Part shown: positions 21,338-33,084 of the stretch, piece by piece
Layout of the letters: every line of letters starts with the position of its first letter
Numbering within the stretch: position 1 is the stretch's first letter
Source: Malacoraja senta
Taxonomy: Eukaryota
Length of the DNA: 36,149 nt
Direction: 5' to 3'
Assembly (NCBI GenBank): GCA_038087875.1
Contig: JAXLNO010000373.1
Coordinates: forward strand, 62,001 to 98,149
Translations under genes and position numbers: made by a program
Notes under the pieces: model-generated
What the model saw: only the letters and a program-made list of their open reading frames with translations
Databases searched by the model: none
Told to the model about the DNA's origin: nothing

Positions 21338-22337
21338 ATCTACACGCTGCCAATGGCTCGATTGTCCCCATGTATTGTCTTTCCGCTGACTGGATAGCAG
21401 GCAACAAAATCTGTACAATAAAATGAACTGAGCTGAATGACTGAACTGGTGGGGAAAACCCCCCATTGGTGTTAAAGATGAGAAAACTATGAAAGAAAAC
21501 TGGAGCCACTGATCATCAAGATTGTAAAACAAACATTGAAGAAAGTGATTGCTATCTTTGGCAGAACAGTCGCTGGTCAGACCTCATCATCAAACGTAAT
21601 CCAATTTACCTACCCTGTTGCCAATCAGTCATTAGGTATTGGGCCCTGGCTACTTCTGATTTTCCATTAGCCAGTTCACGACCTCTCCCTGCTCTCACGG
21701 TGACAAATCATGCCTACGGATTTTTTTTTTTTTTTAACTACAGGCTCTTAATGGATTAATTCTGCAATCCATCATCCTACCCCGACAGCAGTGTGTCTGT
21801 GCTAGGCATCCTCCTCTGTGCCAAAACCTCAAAACTGCCTCTCCATATTAACAAATCGTCAAAAGTTAACACTGCCTGATAAAACGCAATAAACAACCCG
21901 ACCAACTTCAGGTTAAAACCAAGCGAGCTCGAAGATAGACACAAAGTGCTGGAGTATCTCAGTGGACAGGTGGCATCTCCGGAGAGAAGGAATGGGCGTC
22001 CAAAAATGCACATGGTGTTCCAAAGTTAAATTATCTCATTAATTACAATCCACGCCCTGCCCTTGACACGATATGCATGCGAGAATCGCTGGCATTGATT
22101 TTTGTGGGTTTCATTTAACAGCTAGTGGTAGGACAATAAGTGCACGGTTTAGTTCAGATTCCCTCAGCGCGCTGTTTCTTCACGCTGGCCCGCTTCCTCA
22201 TTATTTTACCCACGCCAGCCCGATCCAACGCCAGCCCTGTAAGACTTGCTCCAGCTCAGCGGTGCGGCAGTCTGCACCAGACACAGGACACGACTAGGGA
22301 TGCAAACGCAAGCGATGGGAGAGTGAGAGGCTGTCAA

Positions 22338-22512
22338 CTGTTCAGGATGTACTCAAGAGAGAGTTAGATTCAGCTCTTGTGGGGGGTTCAGGGGGAGAAA
22401 GCAGGAACGGGGTACTGATTGTGGATGACCAGCCATGATCATATTGAATGGCGGTGCTGGCTCGAAGGGCCGAACGGCCTACTCCTGCACCTATTTTTCT
22501 ATGTTTCTATGT
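22338..22512 (+). mobile_element. CR1 LINE 3' end
   Basis: GCAGGAACGGGGTACTGATTGTGGATGACCAGCCATGATC..CCTACTCCTGCACCTATTTTTCTATG. Confidence 0.85.
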
Positions 22513-24019
22513 TAAACCAGCATCTGCAGTACACATGTTGTCAACTAATGCTGAGTTGATATTTTGTTTTGCCCATATTAAATGTATCAGGTTGCAAACA
22601 TTTACTCCTTGGCGCCCCCATAATAAAAATATTATCAAAGGTCTGGATTAAGGATGAGCTGTTTATAAATAACTGGAGACTTGTTCACAGTGCTCATAAG
22701 AGCTGCAAAGCCCGGCACAGCTGGTTGGTTAGAATGAGGCAGAAAACACAAAGCTCCAAAGAGAAATGAGTGAAAAGGCAGGATTTAGTTTTAAATGCAA
22801 TGTGTTGCCGTTGTATCTGGGATAGATGTGTCTCGTTTTGTTTAGCTGTAAGGTACAGAGTCTGTGTTACAAACACAATACCAGCCTGGTCGATTGAAGA
22901 TGGCCACTGAAGCTGGAAACAAAATGCTGGAGTAACTCAGCGGGACAGGCAGCATCTCTGGAGAGAAGGAATGGGTGATGTTTTGACTTCTCACACACAC
23001 ACAGACACAGACACACAGAGTCACACGCACACACAGACACAGGCACACACAGATACACAGACAGATAGACACACTCACACACACAAACATGGACACACAG
23101 ACACGGACACACACACACACCCTCTGCCATGGACTCACATTGCCCAATTCAGCGGGGGGGGGAACACTCCCAGCACGTTTAGCAATTTCACCACGGCATT
23201 TCACAGACCTTAAGGTGCTGGAATGAATAATTATCCCTTATATTAACGATATACAAAATTTTAATATTCTTCTTTATAGAATATATATATATATATAAGT
23301 GACAGAAACAAAATGCTGGAGTAACAGGCAGCATCTCTGGAGAGAAAGAATGGGTGACATTTTTCGGTCGAGACCCTTCTCCAGAAGTGATAGAATATCT
23401 AGATAGAATATTATTTACAGAATATCTCTTTTAATATTGTGTAAGAAGGAACTGCAGATGCTGGTTGAAACCGTAGACCCGTAAAGCTGCCGTAACTCCA
23501 GATTTCTGTGCCAATCTTCACTTTTAATATTCTTGTTTATCGGGCAAATTTAGTGCAAACAATGCTCTACAGAAATCGCTTTTACGTAAAAGATGATTGT
23601 GAAATTAAAACAATTATCACCACCACCACCACCGAAAAAATCTATGGCAATTTTAAGATTTTGCTAATTCAATATAACATTTTAAAAATGTACTATTATT
23701 CAATATACTTACATATTTTGTGGCATATCAGCATGCATATATTGGTTTAATTCAGGGTGAATGCTAAAAGTAATATTATTTGACAAGCTTGAATCCCTCT
23801 CATTTCATTCAATGTACATAGACCAGGTAAAGTTTCATCAGCCTGAAGAAGGGTCTCGACCCAAGTCCCCAGAAGTGATATTTGCCCACCCCCTCCACGT
23901 ACCCGCTGAGTTACTCCAGCATTTTGCGTCTATCTACAAGATTACCCTGCAAGTTTAAGATTAAGCTCCGAACTTCAGACTTGCGAACATTTTATTTTAC
24001 ATTGCATTATTATTGGCTT

Positions 24020-24361
24020 TTATATATGTATGTCCACACACACACAGATATATATACATACAAGCTTCACTCCATAGATATATAAGCCTTCGCTCCAGAG
24101 ATGCTGCCTCACCCGGAGTTTCTCCAGCTTTTTTGTCTACCTCAGATATATGTACACACAAATATGTACACACACACATATGTACATACACACATATATA
24201 AATATATATACACACATACGCATTGTGTGCATACATTGTACATGACATAACACACATTATCTATACAATGTGCCTGTGTATATACATATATACACATACA
24301 TATACACATACATACATATACATATACACACACACACATACACATACATACATATACATAT

Positions 24362-24392
<31 letters not shown>

Positions 24393-24574
24393 CACACACA
24401 CACATATATATATATGTATATACACACACACATATATATATACACACACACATATATATACATATATACACACACACACACTGAAGAAGGGTTTCAGCCT
24501 GAAACGTTGCCTGTTTCCTTCGCTCCATAGATGCTGCTGCACCCGCTGAGTTTCTCCAGCATTTTTGTGTACCA

Positions 24575-24616
<42 letters not shown>

Positions 24617-24710
24617 ACTAATAGTGCAAAGTCAAAAATTACCTTACTCATACATGGTTTATATATATAAAATAATGAATGTATATATAAGTATATATAT
24701 ATAAATAAAT
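24020..24710. repeat. (CA)/(TA) microsatellite complex with two embedded Penelope-derived pieces (24087-24142, 24481-24573)
   Basis: Direct reading. 24481 begins CTGAAGAAGGGTTTCAGCCTGAAACGTTGCC. Confidence 0.93.
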
Positions 24711-25316
24711 AAAATGCCTGTTGTTTATTATGGGTTTTACAGATCGGTTTACATACGTGTTATGCTGCTGCAAGTAAGAATGTCATTGTTCCGTTTCGGA
24801 AACTTATGACAATAAAACACTCTTGCCTCTCTCTTGACTTTTGATGAAGTGGTTTTTTTTTAAATAAAGGCGAGGCAATGTTTTTTTCTGACAGACTCTC
24901 CCCGCGAGTCAGTCAGTCAGTCAGTCAGTCAGTCTGCTTCCCCCAAATACAGAAGTGTTCTCTGCCCAAAATGGCAGTCAGTGTTGGCCGGGCTGTGTGG
25001 AGTGGAGGAACCGAAGGATATGTCTCACGTTTAACTCAGACCCCACACACCCACACACACACACACATACATACACACTCTGTCTGTGAACCTGCCGGCA
25101 ATTTAACGCTGGAGATATATCTAATCGCACCACACCGCCCTGCAAAGATGGGGGGGGGGGGGGGGGGGTTATGATCTTCCAGAGAAGATCAGACAATAAA
25201 ACGATATCATAAATTTTCACCAGACCGACACGCTACAGAAATGGAGCTGAATCTGACACCCGGTGGATAATGGGGGCACTTAAGTGTCAAGTATGATTTC
25301 TAGTAAAGAAAATCAA

Positions 25317-25376
25317 TGTGTATATATATATGTATATATAAAATAAATCACTGCATATATATACATAGAGTGTGTA

Positions 25377-25412
<36 letters not shown>

Positions 25413-25416
25413 CATA

Positions 25417-25447
<31 letters not shown>

Positions 25448-25690
25448 GTGATTTATTTTTTACTAGAAATCATACTTCACACAAGTGTGATTATATATAT
25501 ATATATTGATGTATAAGAGTGTATATATAAGTGTGATAATATACAATATATGTGGGGGGGGGCACTTCATACATATACATATATATATACATAGTGTACA
25601 TTGATTTTTACTGGAAATCAGACTTCATATATAAGCGTGTGTGTATATATATATATATATATTCACGTATATATTTATATGTGCATATGT

Positions 25691-25729
<39 letters not shown>

Positions 25730-25901
25730 CACACGCATTTATATATGAAGGGTCTCGACCCAAAACGTCGCCCCATTCCATCTCTCCAGAGATGCTGCCT
25801 CACCCGCTGAGTTACTCCAGCACTGTGTGTCTATCTTCCACATATATATATACACAATTCACACGTATATATACATATGCACACACACATATCTATATCT
25901 A

Positions 25902-25941
<40 letters not shown>

Positions 25942-26119
25942 GACACAAAATGCTGGAGTAACTCAGCGGGACAGGCAGCATCTCGGGAGAGAAGGAATAG
26001 GTGGCGTTTGGGGTCGAGACCCTTCTTCAGACTGAGTAATGCTGAAGTGAGTACCCGCTGAGTTACTCCAACATTTTGTGTCTACCTTCGATTTAAACCA
26101 GCATCTACAGTTCTTTCTT

Positions 26120-26153
<34 letters not shown>

Positions 26154-26370
26154 CTGTACATTAATTTCACTATATTTGTGTGTGTGCCTCTGCGTGTATA
26201 TGTGTGTGTGCGTGCATATGTGTATATATATACACGTGTGTCTATGTGCGTGTGTATATACGTGTGTGTCTGTGTGTGTTTGTGTGTGTCTGTGTGTGTC
26301 TGCGTGCGTGCGTGTGTATATATACGTGTGTGTGTCTGTGTGTGTGTGTATATATGTGTGTGTGTGTGTG

Positions 26371-26413
<43 letters not shown>

Positions 26414-26424
26414 GTGTGTGTGTG

Positions 26425-26470
<46 letters not shown>

Positions 26471-26502
26471 TATATATATATATATATGTATGCGTGTGTG
26501 TA
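25317..26502. repeat. (TA)/(TG) microsatellite complex with embedded Penelope-derived pieces (25746-25838, 25939-26121)
   Basis: Direct reading. Confidence 0.93.
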
Positions 26503-27055
26503 CAACGAATAATAGTGCAAAATCAAAGACGATGTCCCCGTGAATTTGGAAGTTGATTTCTGGTGAATGGAAGGCGGTCGAGACCCCCCTCTCGCTCGCT
26601 CTGCGCCGCGGCCTCGGCATCAACAGCCCACCACACTCCCCAGTCTCCAGTCCCCCTGTCTCCCCTCTCTCCGGCATGTCCCAGAGACACTGGGAGAGGC
26701 GGAGAATACAAGCCCCGTGCGTGTGTTTCCCCGCTGTGTTGGCCGGGCTGAGCGGGGAGCGTTGCTGCTTCGCACCGTGGGGAGGAATTGTAATGCGCGC
26801 TGTTTACCCGCGACTGCAGTTGCAATCGAATCGCATCCCCCCCCCCCCAAAGAAACCCCGCAGCCCTATTCACACACACACAGACTCCACAGGAATTTGC
26901 TTCCCCGCTCGATTGAAAAGATCATCCCGTGTCTATTCCGCACAGCCGTTGATCACCTTAAAGACCAGGGATTATCGGAGTCGCTCGCTAACTCTATAGA
27001 CCGCGGCGCTCGGCATAATGTGCCCTAGTGGTGCCGGCATCCAGAACTAGGGCGC

Positions 27056-27783
27056 TTACGAAGGAAGTGCAGATGCTGGAAAATCCAAGGTAGACAAAAA
27101 ATGCTGGAGAAACTCAGCGGGTGCAGCAGCATCTATGGAGCGAGGAAAATAGGCAACGGTTCGGGCTGGAAAAGCCTTCTGGAAATAGGGAACAGTTCGG
27201 GCAGAAACCCTTCTGGAAATAGGCAACAGTTCGGGCAGAAACCCTTCTGGAAATAGGCAACCGTTCGGGCAGAAACCCTTCTGGAAATAGGCAACGTTTC
27301 TGGCCGAAACCCTTCTGGAAATAGGCAACAGTTCGGGCCGAAACCCTTCTGGAAATAGGCAACCGTTCGGGCAGAAACCCTTCTGGAAATAGGCAACGTT
27401 TCTGGCCGAAACCCTTCTGGAAATAGGCAACAGTTCGGGCCGAAACCCTTGTGGAAATAGGCAACGTTTCCGGACGAAACCCTTCTGGAAATGGGCAACA
27501 GTTCGGGCCGAAACCCTTCTGGAAATAGGCAACAGTTCGGCCGAAACCCTTCTGGAAATAGGCAACAGTTCGGGCCGAAACCCTTCTGGAAATAGGCAAC
27601 AGTTCGGGCCGAAACCCTTCTGGAAATAGGCAACAGTTCGGGCCGAAACCCTTCTGGAAATAGGCAACGTTTCCGGACGAAACCCTTGTGGAAATAGGCA
27701 ACGTTTCTGGCCGAAACCGGGTTTCGGCCCGAAACGTTGCCTATTTCCCTCGCTCCATAGATGCTGCTGCACCCGCTGAGTTT
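27056..27783. mobile_element. Fold-back Penelope-derived element enclosing a minisatellite
   Basis: The left arm AACTCAGCGGGTGCAGCAGCATCTATGGAGCGAGG is the inverse of the right arm CCTCGCTCCATAGATGCTGCTGCACCCGCTGAGTT. Confidence 0.88.
27146..27718 (-). repeat. 34-bp minisatellite, about 17 copies
   Basis: Plus-strand unit GGAAATAGGCAACAGTTCGGGCCGAAACCCTTCT starts at 27181, 27215, 27249 ... 27690, with one 33-bp unit. No spacers. Confidence 0.96.
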
Positions 27784-28267
27784 GTCGAGAACCAGGGGAG
27801 CGTTCACTTGTGGCTGTATTGTATCAACCTACACCGTGAAGTTCCACGGGCTAACCAGCTAAAGGCAGACCGAGTTTAAAACTGAATTGAACAATTGTCC
27901 AGTCACCAGATCAAACCTCCCCCCACCACCCCCTAAACCGGATTTAAAAGGGGGACGCAGAGAGAAGTCTCCTTTTCGGCTTGTTTGGTCATTTTATCCA
28001 CACGGGTCGGGTCGGGTGGGGTGGGGTGAGGTGAGGTGGGGGACGGGGGCTAAAGGTAGCTTCGCCCCCAACAAGTTGCAAAGTCCCAGCAAAATGTGGT
28101 CGGTCTACCGGCCGCAAGAGGCGGCCCTCGACTCCAACACGCGTCTAAATGCCAGCGTTTAGTATTCCAGTCCACTTGGCTTTCTGGAACCCGGGCACAA
28201 GGACAGGAGACCAGACGCGTTACTCTATCGGAGATTCATGGGTGGTGGAGGCACAACGACTTTACAC

Positions 28268-28562
28268 GCTCTATCTCTATCTCGCTTCCCTCTCTCTCTC
28301 GCTTCTTTCTCTATCTATCTCTTCTCTCTATCTCTCTCTAGCGTTTTCTCTCTTTTTATCTCTCTCGCTTCTCCCTTCTCTCTCCTCTCTCTCCCCCAGC
28401 CTCTCTGCTCTCTATCTCTCTCTAGCGTTTTCTCTCTCTCGCTCTCTATCTCTCTCCTCTCTCTCCCTGCCTCTCTTCTCTCTCTCTTGCTTCTCTCTCC
28501 TCTCTCCCTGCCTCTCTCTCTCTCTCTCTTCTCTATCTCTTGCTTCTCTCTGTATATCTCTC
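28268..28562. repeat. (CT)-rich polypyrimidine microsatellite
   Basis: Direct reading, with recurring TCTCTATCTCTCTCTAGCGTTTTCTC. A second CT/CA tract lies at 29070-29239. Confidence 0.95.
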
Positions 28563-29299
28563 CACAGATGCTGCCCGACCCAACATAGTTTTTCCAACAC
28601 AAATCTGCCTCCTCCGACCCGGACAAGGCGGGAGAGACTAAACCACAGATTTTTTAAGGAAAGATATCTCCACTCAACTTTCCTCCACCCATCTCCCGTG
28701 GTTAGAAGTTGCTGTTTGGTTTTTTTTATTACCGCGGCTTCTAACCCGGGCCAAGAACATCCTGTGCAGGAGATTGATCGCAAGAGGTCTCGTTCTGGGT
28801 TTATCTTGATACAATTGGCAGCGGCGGAACAATGGAGGGGGGTGGGGGGGACAGCTCAGGGGATCACAGCTACAAACTATCACTGCAAACTGCCCAGTGC
28901 CTCAACAACACTCGCTCCCCTGGCCCGACAACTCTGGCCCCATCCAGTGAAGCGATCAACAACTCCTTGGGAAATCAAACATTTAGGGGGGGGGGGTGGT
29001 GAAGGAAAGTCAGGACTCGATCCTCAAAATGAACATTCCGGGAACGAGAACGGAAAACCCCCACCGCCAGCTCTCCCTTTCCTCCCTCTCTCTCTGTCTC
29101 ACACTCACTCTCTCTTTCACTCACACTCTCTCTTTCACTCTCACTCACTCTCCCTCTCCCTCTCACACTCACTCATTCTCTCTCTCACACTCACTCACTT
29201 TCTTTCTCCCTCCCTCTCTCTCTCCTCACTCACACACACGTAACAAACTTGCCCTGTACACTTTTTTGCACACTTCCCTCCTCTCTGCCCCCCACCCCC

Positions 29300-30310
29300 C
29301 GAGTGTAAAATCCCCACTTGCTCGCCTTTAGGAGCGGGTAAACCAACCCGGCATAGGGTCGGTCCTGGCGAAAACTATGCAAAGCCAGCGGAAGAAACGC
29401 GGAGTGAGGAAAATGCCCCCCGAGCTGGGCAAGTTGACGGAGCGAGGGTTTTCCCGGTGCAAAGGGGGCAGAGAGAGAAGCTCTCCGGACTGGGGGTCCG
29501 CCCGCCCGCCCGTTCCTCTGCCAGACGGCGCTGCCGCAGTCTCCCTTCCTTCGGCTTCTCTCTCCATCCTCTGCGCGAAAAATCCGATGGAAACTGCGGC
29601 GTTTCGTCTAAGCGAACGTTACAAGGCTTTTCATTAATAATAATAAAAAAAAGACAGGGCTGCCTACCTTCCACAGCCAGCGCCAGCGGTAGGTACAAGA
29701 ACAGGAGCGCCCGCATATCCATGTTGTGGATCCCAGACCCCCACAACCGGCTTTCCAACGCCGTATTCCCAGTGGCCACTCACTCACTCGCTCACTCGCT
29801 CACTGCCCACCCGATCTCCCTCTCCCTCTCCCTCTCCCTGCCTCTGCCACACCGTTCAGGGAGGCAGAGCCGACTGAGAAAGAGCGGCTTTCTGGGGAAA
29901 AGGCACAGGCTTGTCAGTCATGGACTTTTGTCCGCCCACCAATAGCCCCGAGAGTGCAAGAGCTGAGATCTGCAGCCTCGCCGCAGTGTGTGGACTGCGA
30001 GCGCCTCCTCCCGGCCGCCGCCGCCGCCGCAGCCCCTACACAGGACACAGGGCACTGGGCAGTGGACAGCGACTCCTTAACAAACACACACAAACACACA
30101 CACAACACGACACAAAAAACCCCCACAGGGCTCCAACCCCGGCCTTTATGGATTTGCCATTCAAGGCTGTGAAGGAGGTCAGTCAGATGCTGTGGACTTC
30201 TCGACTGCGCCGCAGTGTATAAAACGTATTGACAAATTGGTGATTACACGGGTGGGGTGGGGGGGGGGTTGGCTGTTTGTTTATAGATTCTCCGCAGTCA
30301 AAGTTGGCAT
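29300..30310 (-). promoter_or_regulatory. CpG-rich promoter / 5' UTR region of the EphB gene
   Basis: Transposon-free, GC- and CpG-rich, with (GCC)n near 30013-30029. GC box CCGCCC 29932-29937, CCAAT 29939-29943, TGACTGACA(A) on minus at 29911-29920, and TATAAA on minus at 30280-30285. The TSS cannot be determined. Confidence 0.65.
29668..29722 (-). CDS. ephb2: First coding exon (signal peptide) of an EphB-class receptor tyrosine kinase, most similar to EPHB2
   Basis: Minus strand reads CACAAC-ATG-G (A at -3, G at +4), then MDMRALLFLYLPLALAVE plus one G, then donor GTAGGC (phase 1). The hydrophobic leader ending LPLALAVE matches human EPHB2 exon 1 as recalled (..LLLPLLAAVE, ending GTGGAAG|gt, phase 1). 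It lies in a CpG-rich region. The paralog assignment rests on only 18 aa. Confidence 0.72.
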
Positions 30311-30354
30311 CTCCCCAAGTTTGGAGTCTCCAAGGACACGCACCATGTGCCGGG

Positions 30355-31440
30355 TGGGGTAACTCAGTGGGGTAACTCAGCACCACTGGAGAGAAGGAAT
30401 TCTCTGGAGGCAGGTTCTCTGGATGCTTTCAAGAGAGAGCTAGATAGGGCTCTTAAAGACAGCGGAGTCAGGGGGATATGGGGAGAAGGCAGGAACGGGG
30501 TACTGATTGGGGATGATCAAGATTCAGGAGAGTTCGTTGTCATGTGTCCCAGATAGGACAATGACATTCTTACTTTGCTTCAGCACAACAGAATATAGTA
30601 GGCAGGAGAAGGGCCGAATGGCCTACTCCTGCACCTATTGTCTATTGTCTATTGAATGGGTGGCGTTTCGGGTCGAGACCCTTCTTCAGAAGAATTCTCC
30701 AGAGATGCCGCCTGTCCCACTGAGTTACTCCAGATTTGTTGCGTCTATCTTCGGTTTAAACCAGCACCTGCAGTTCCTTCTGACACATCGTAGAGTCATA
30801 GATACATAGAAAATAGGTGCAGGAGTAGGCCATTCGGCCCTTCGAGCCAGCACCGCCATTCAATATGATCATGGCTGATCATCCAACTCAGTATCCCGTA
30901 CCTGCCTTCTCTCCATACCCCCTGATCCCTTTAGCCACAAGGGCCACATCTAACTCCCTCTTAAATATAGCCAATGAACTGGCCTCAACTACCCTCTGTG
31001 GCAGAGAGTTCCAGAGATTCACCACTCTCTTTGTGATAAAAAGTTTTTCCTCATCTCGGTCCTAAAGGATTTCCCCCTTATCCTTAAACTGTGATAAGGG
31101 GGAAAGAGTCTCCAAACCAGTTCGTGTTGCGTCGGGTTGCAAAGAGCTTCCTTAGAGCGTTAGACCCACATGTCCGAAGAAGGGTCTCAACCCGAAATCA
31201 AGGGATATGGGGGGTGGGGGGGGTTGTGAGCAGGAACGGGCTACGGATTTTGGATGACCAGCCATGATCATATTGAATGGGCGGTGTGCTGGCTCGAAGG
31301 GCCGAATGGCCTACTCCTGCACCTATTGTTCTATGTTTGTAACCTCCACCCATACCTTCTCTCCAGAGATGCTGCCTGTCCCGCTGAGTTACTCCAGCAT
31401 TTTGTGCACCTATCTTCGGTGTAAACCTGCAATTCCTCCC
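30355..31440. mobile_element. Cluster of CR1 3' ends (30395-30516 +, 30800-31093 -, 31200-31337 +) and Penelope-derived pieces (30654-30786, 31171-31197, 31345-31440)
   Basis: Matches other copies in the window. Minus 30659-30690 reads CTGAAGAAGGGTCTCGACCCGAAACGCCACC. Confidence 0.85.
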
Positions 31441-31484
31441 TACCCATGTTTCACCCTCCCTCTGAAAAATACACACACACACAA

Positions 31485-31520
<36 letters not shown>

Positions 31521-32254
31521 GCTCTCTTTTCTCTACCTCGTTGGCAACAAGCAGACTTTAAAGCTGTAACAGGGTGTGATTACTTGAAACACAAACGTGT
31601 TTGTTAGACAAAGACGATGCATCTGCTCAGGTGTGAGACAGAACTCACTGGCGGATCTTTGACGCTCGGTCTAAGTACAAGTCTTTAATAATAGTAATAA
31701 AAAGCGAGTAGAAACTCTGATTTAACTTTTGTGAGCAGGCCGCTCCTTTAAGGAATATTCTGCGCCTGCGATGGGTTCGCGATCTTGCTCGTAATCGGAT
31801 TTGCAAGTGTCTAAATGAATATTGTTATTTTCTCCGGGAGGCATCACGGCGACAGCGAACCCGTTCCCTTCCCCCGGGGAAGAGGTTTATGTATTTTTGT
31901 ACATAACCCGTTCCTTCTCTCCAGAGGTGCTGCCTGTCCCACGGAGTTTACTCCAGCTTTTTGTGTCTATCTTCTGTTTAAACCGGCCTCTGCAGTTAAC
32001 TTCCTTCAGACGTATAATCCACTGACAGGGACAGTGGGGGGAGGCGCAGTTGTTGTTACACTGAGAACAATGTTGGTGTGGGGCTGTGTGGAGCTGCAGC
32101 CTGGGCTCCGGACGCCCGCACATCAGTGCCTTCCGCCGGTCACCTCCACACACCGTCCCCGCCAATACAACGCTGGACACCACTCCGCCCACCTCCAACT
32201 TGGTGCCTTGTGATGGAACTCGTTGTCCAATTCCAGGTGTTCCACTTGTGCATA

Positions 32255-33084
<830 letters not shown>

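Larger units (their letters stand above)
20804..21445 (+). mobile_element. Rex1/Babar-like 3' UTR fragment, host of the hAT MITE
   Basis: TCCTTGATCGGACTTTGCTGGCTTTACCTTG matches 6011-6041. The UTR resumes at 21346, collinear with 6228-6290. Confidence 0.8.
1..29667 (-). other. Intron 1 of the EphB gene (continues beyond the window start)
   Basis: Follows the GTAGG donor at 29667. No exon encoding an ETLMD..TAELGW-like peptide was found by eye. Vertebrate EphB genes have long first introns. Confidence 0.6.

Noticed and set aside
27146..27718. CRISPR array (34-bp repeats containing GAAAC)
   Set aside because: Units are head-to-tail with no unique spacers, no cas genes are present, the context is vertebrate, and the unit derives from the local retroelement.
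27056..27807. 195-238 aa ORFs in three frames
   Set aside because: Produced by translating a stop-free 34-bp tandem repeat.
28149..29243. 364-aa Ser/Leu-rich ORF
   Set aside because: Both ends are CT microsatellite. The middle has no recognisable domain and is antisense to the EphB intron.
29375..29779. 134-aa ORF as a complete gene
   Set aside because: It starts at a GTG in the presumed 5' UTR and reads through the splice donor at 29667. Only 29722-29668 is credible coding sequence.
29907..29921. MTDKP resembling the thymosin-beta N-terminus
   Set aside because: The similarity ends after 5 residues and there is no LKKT motif.
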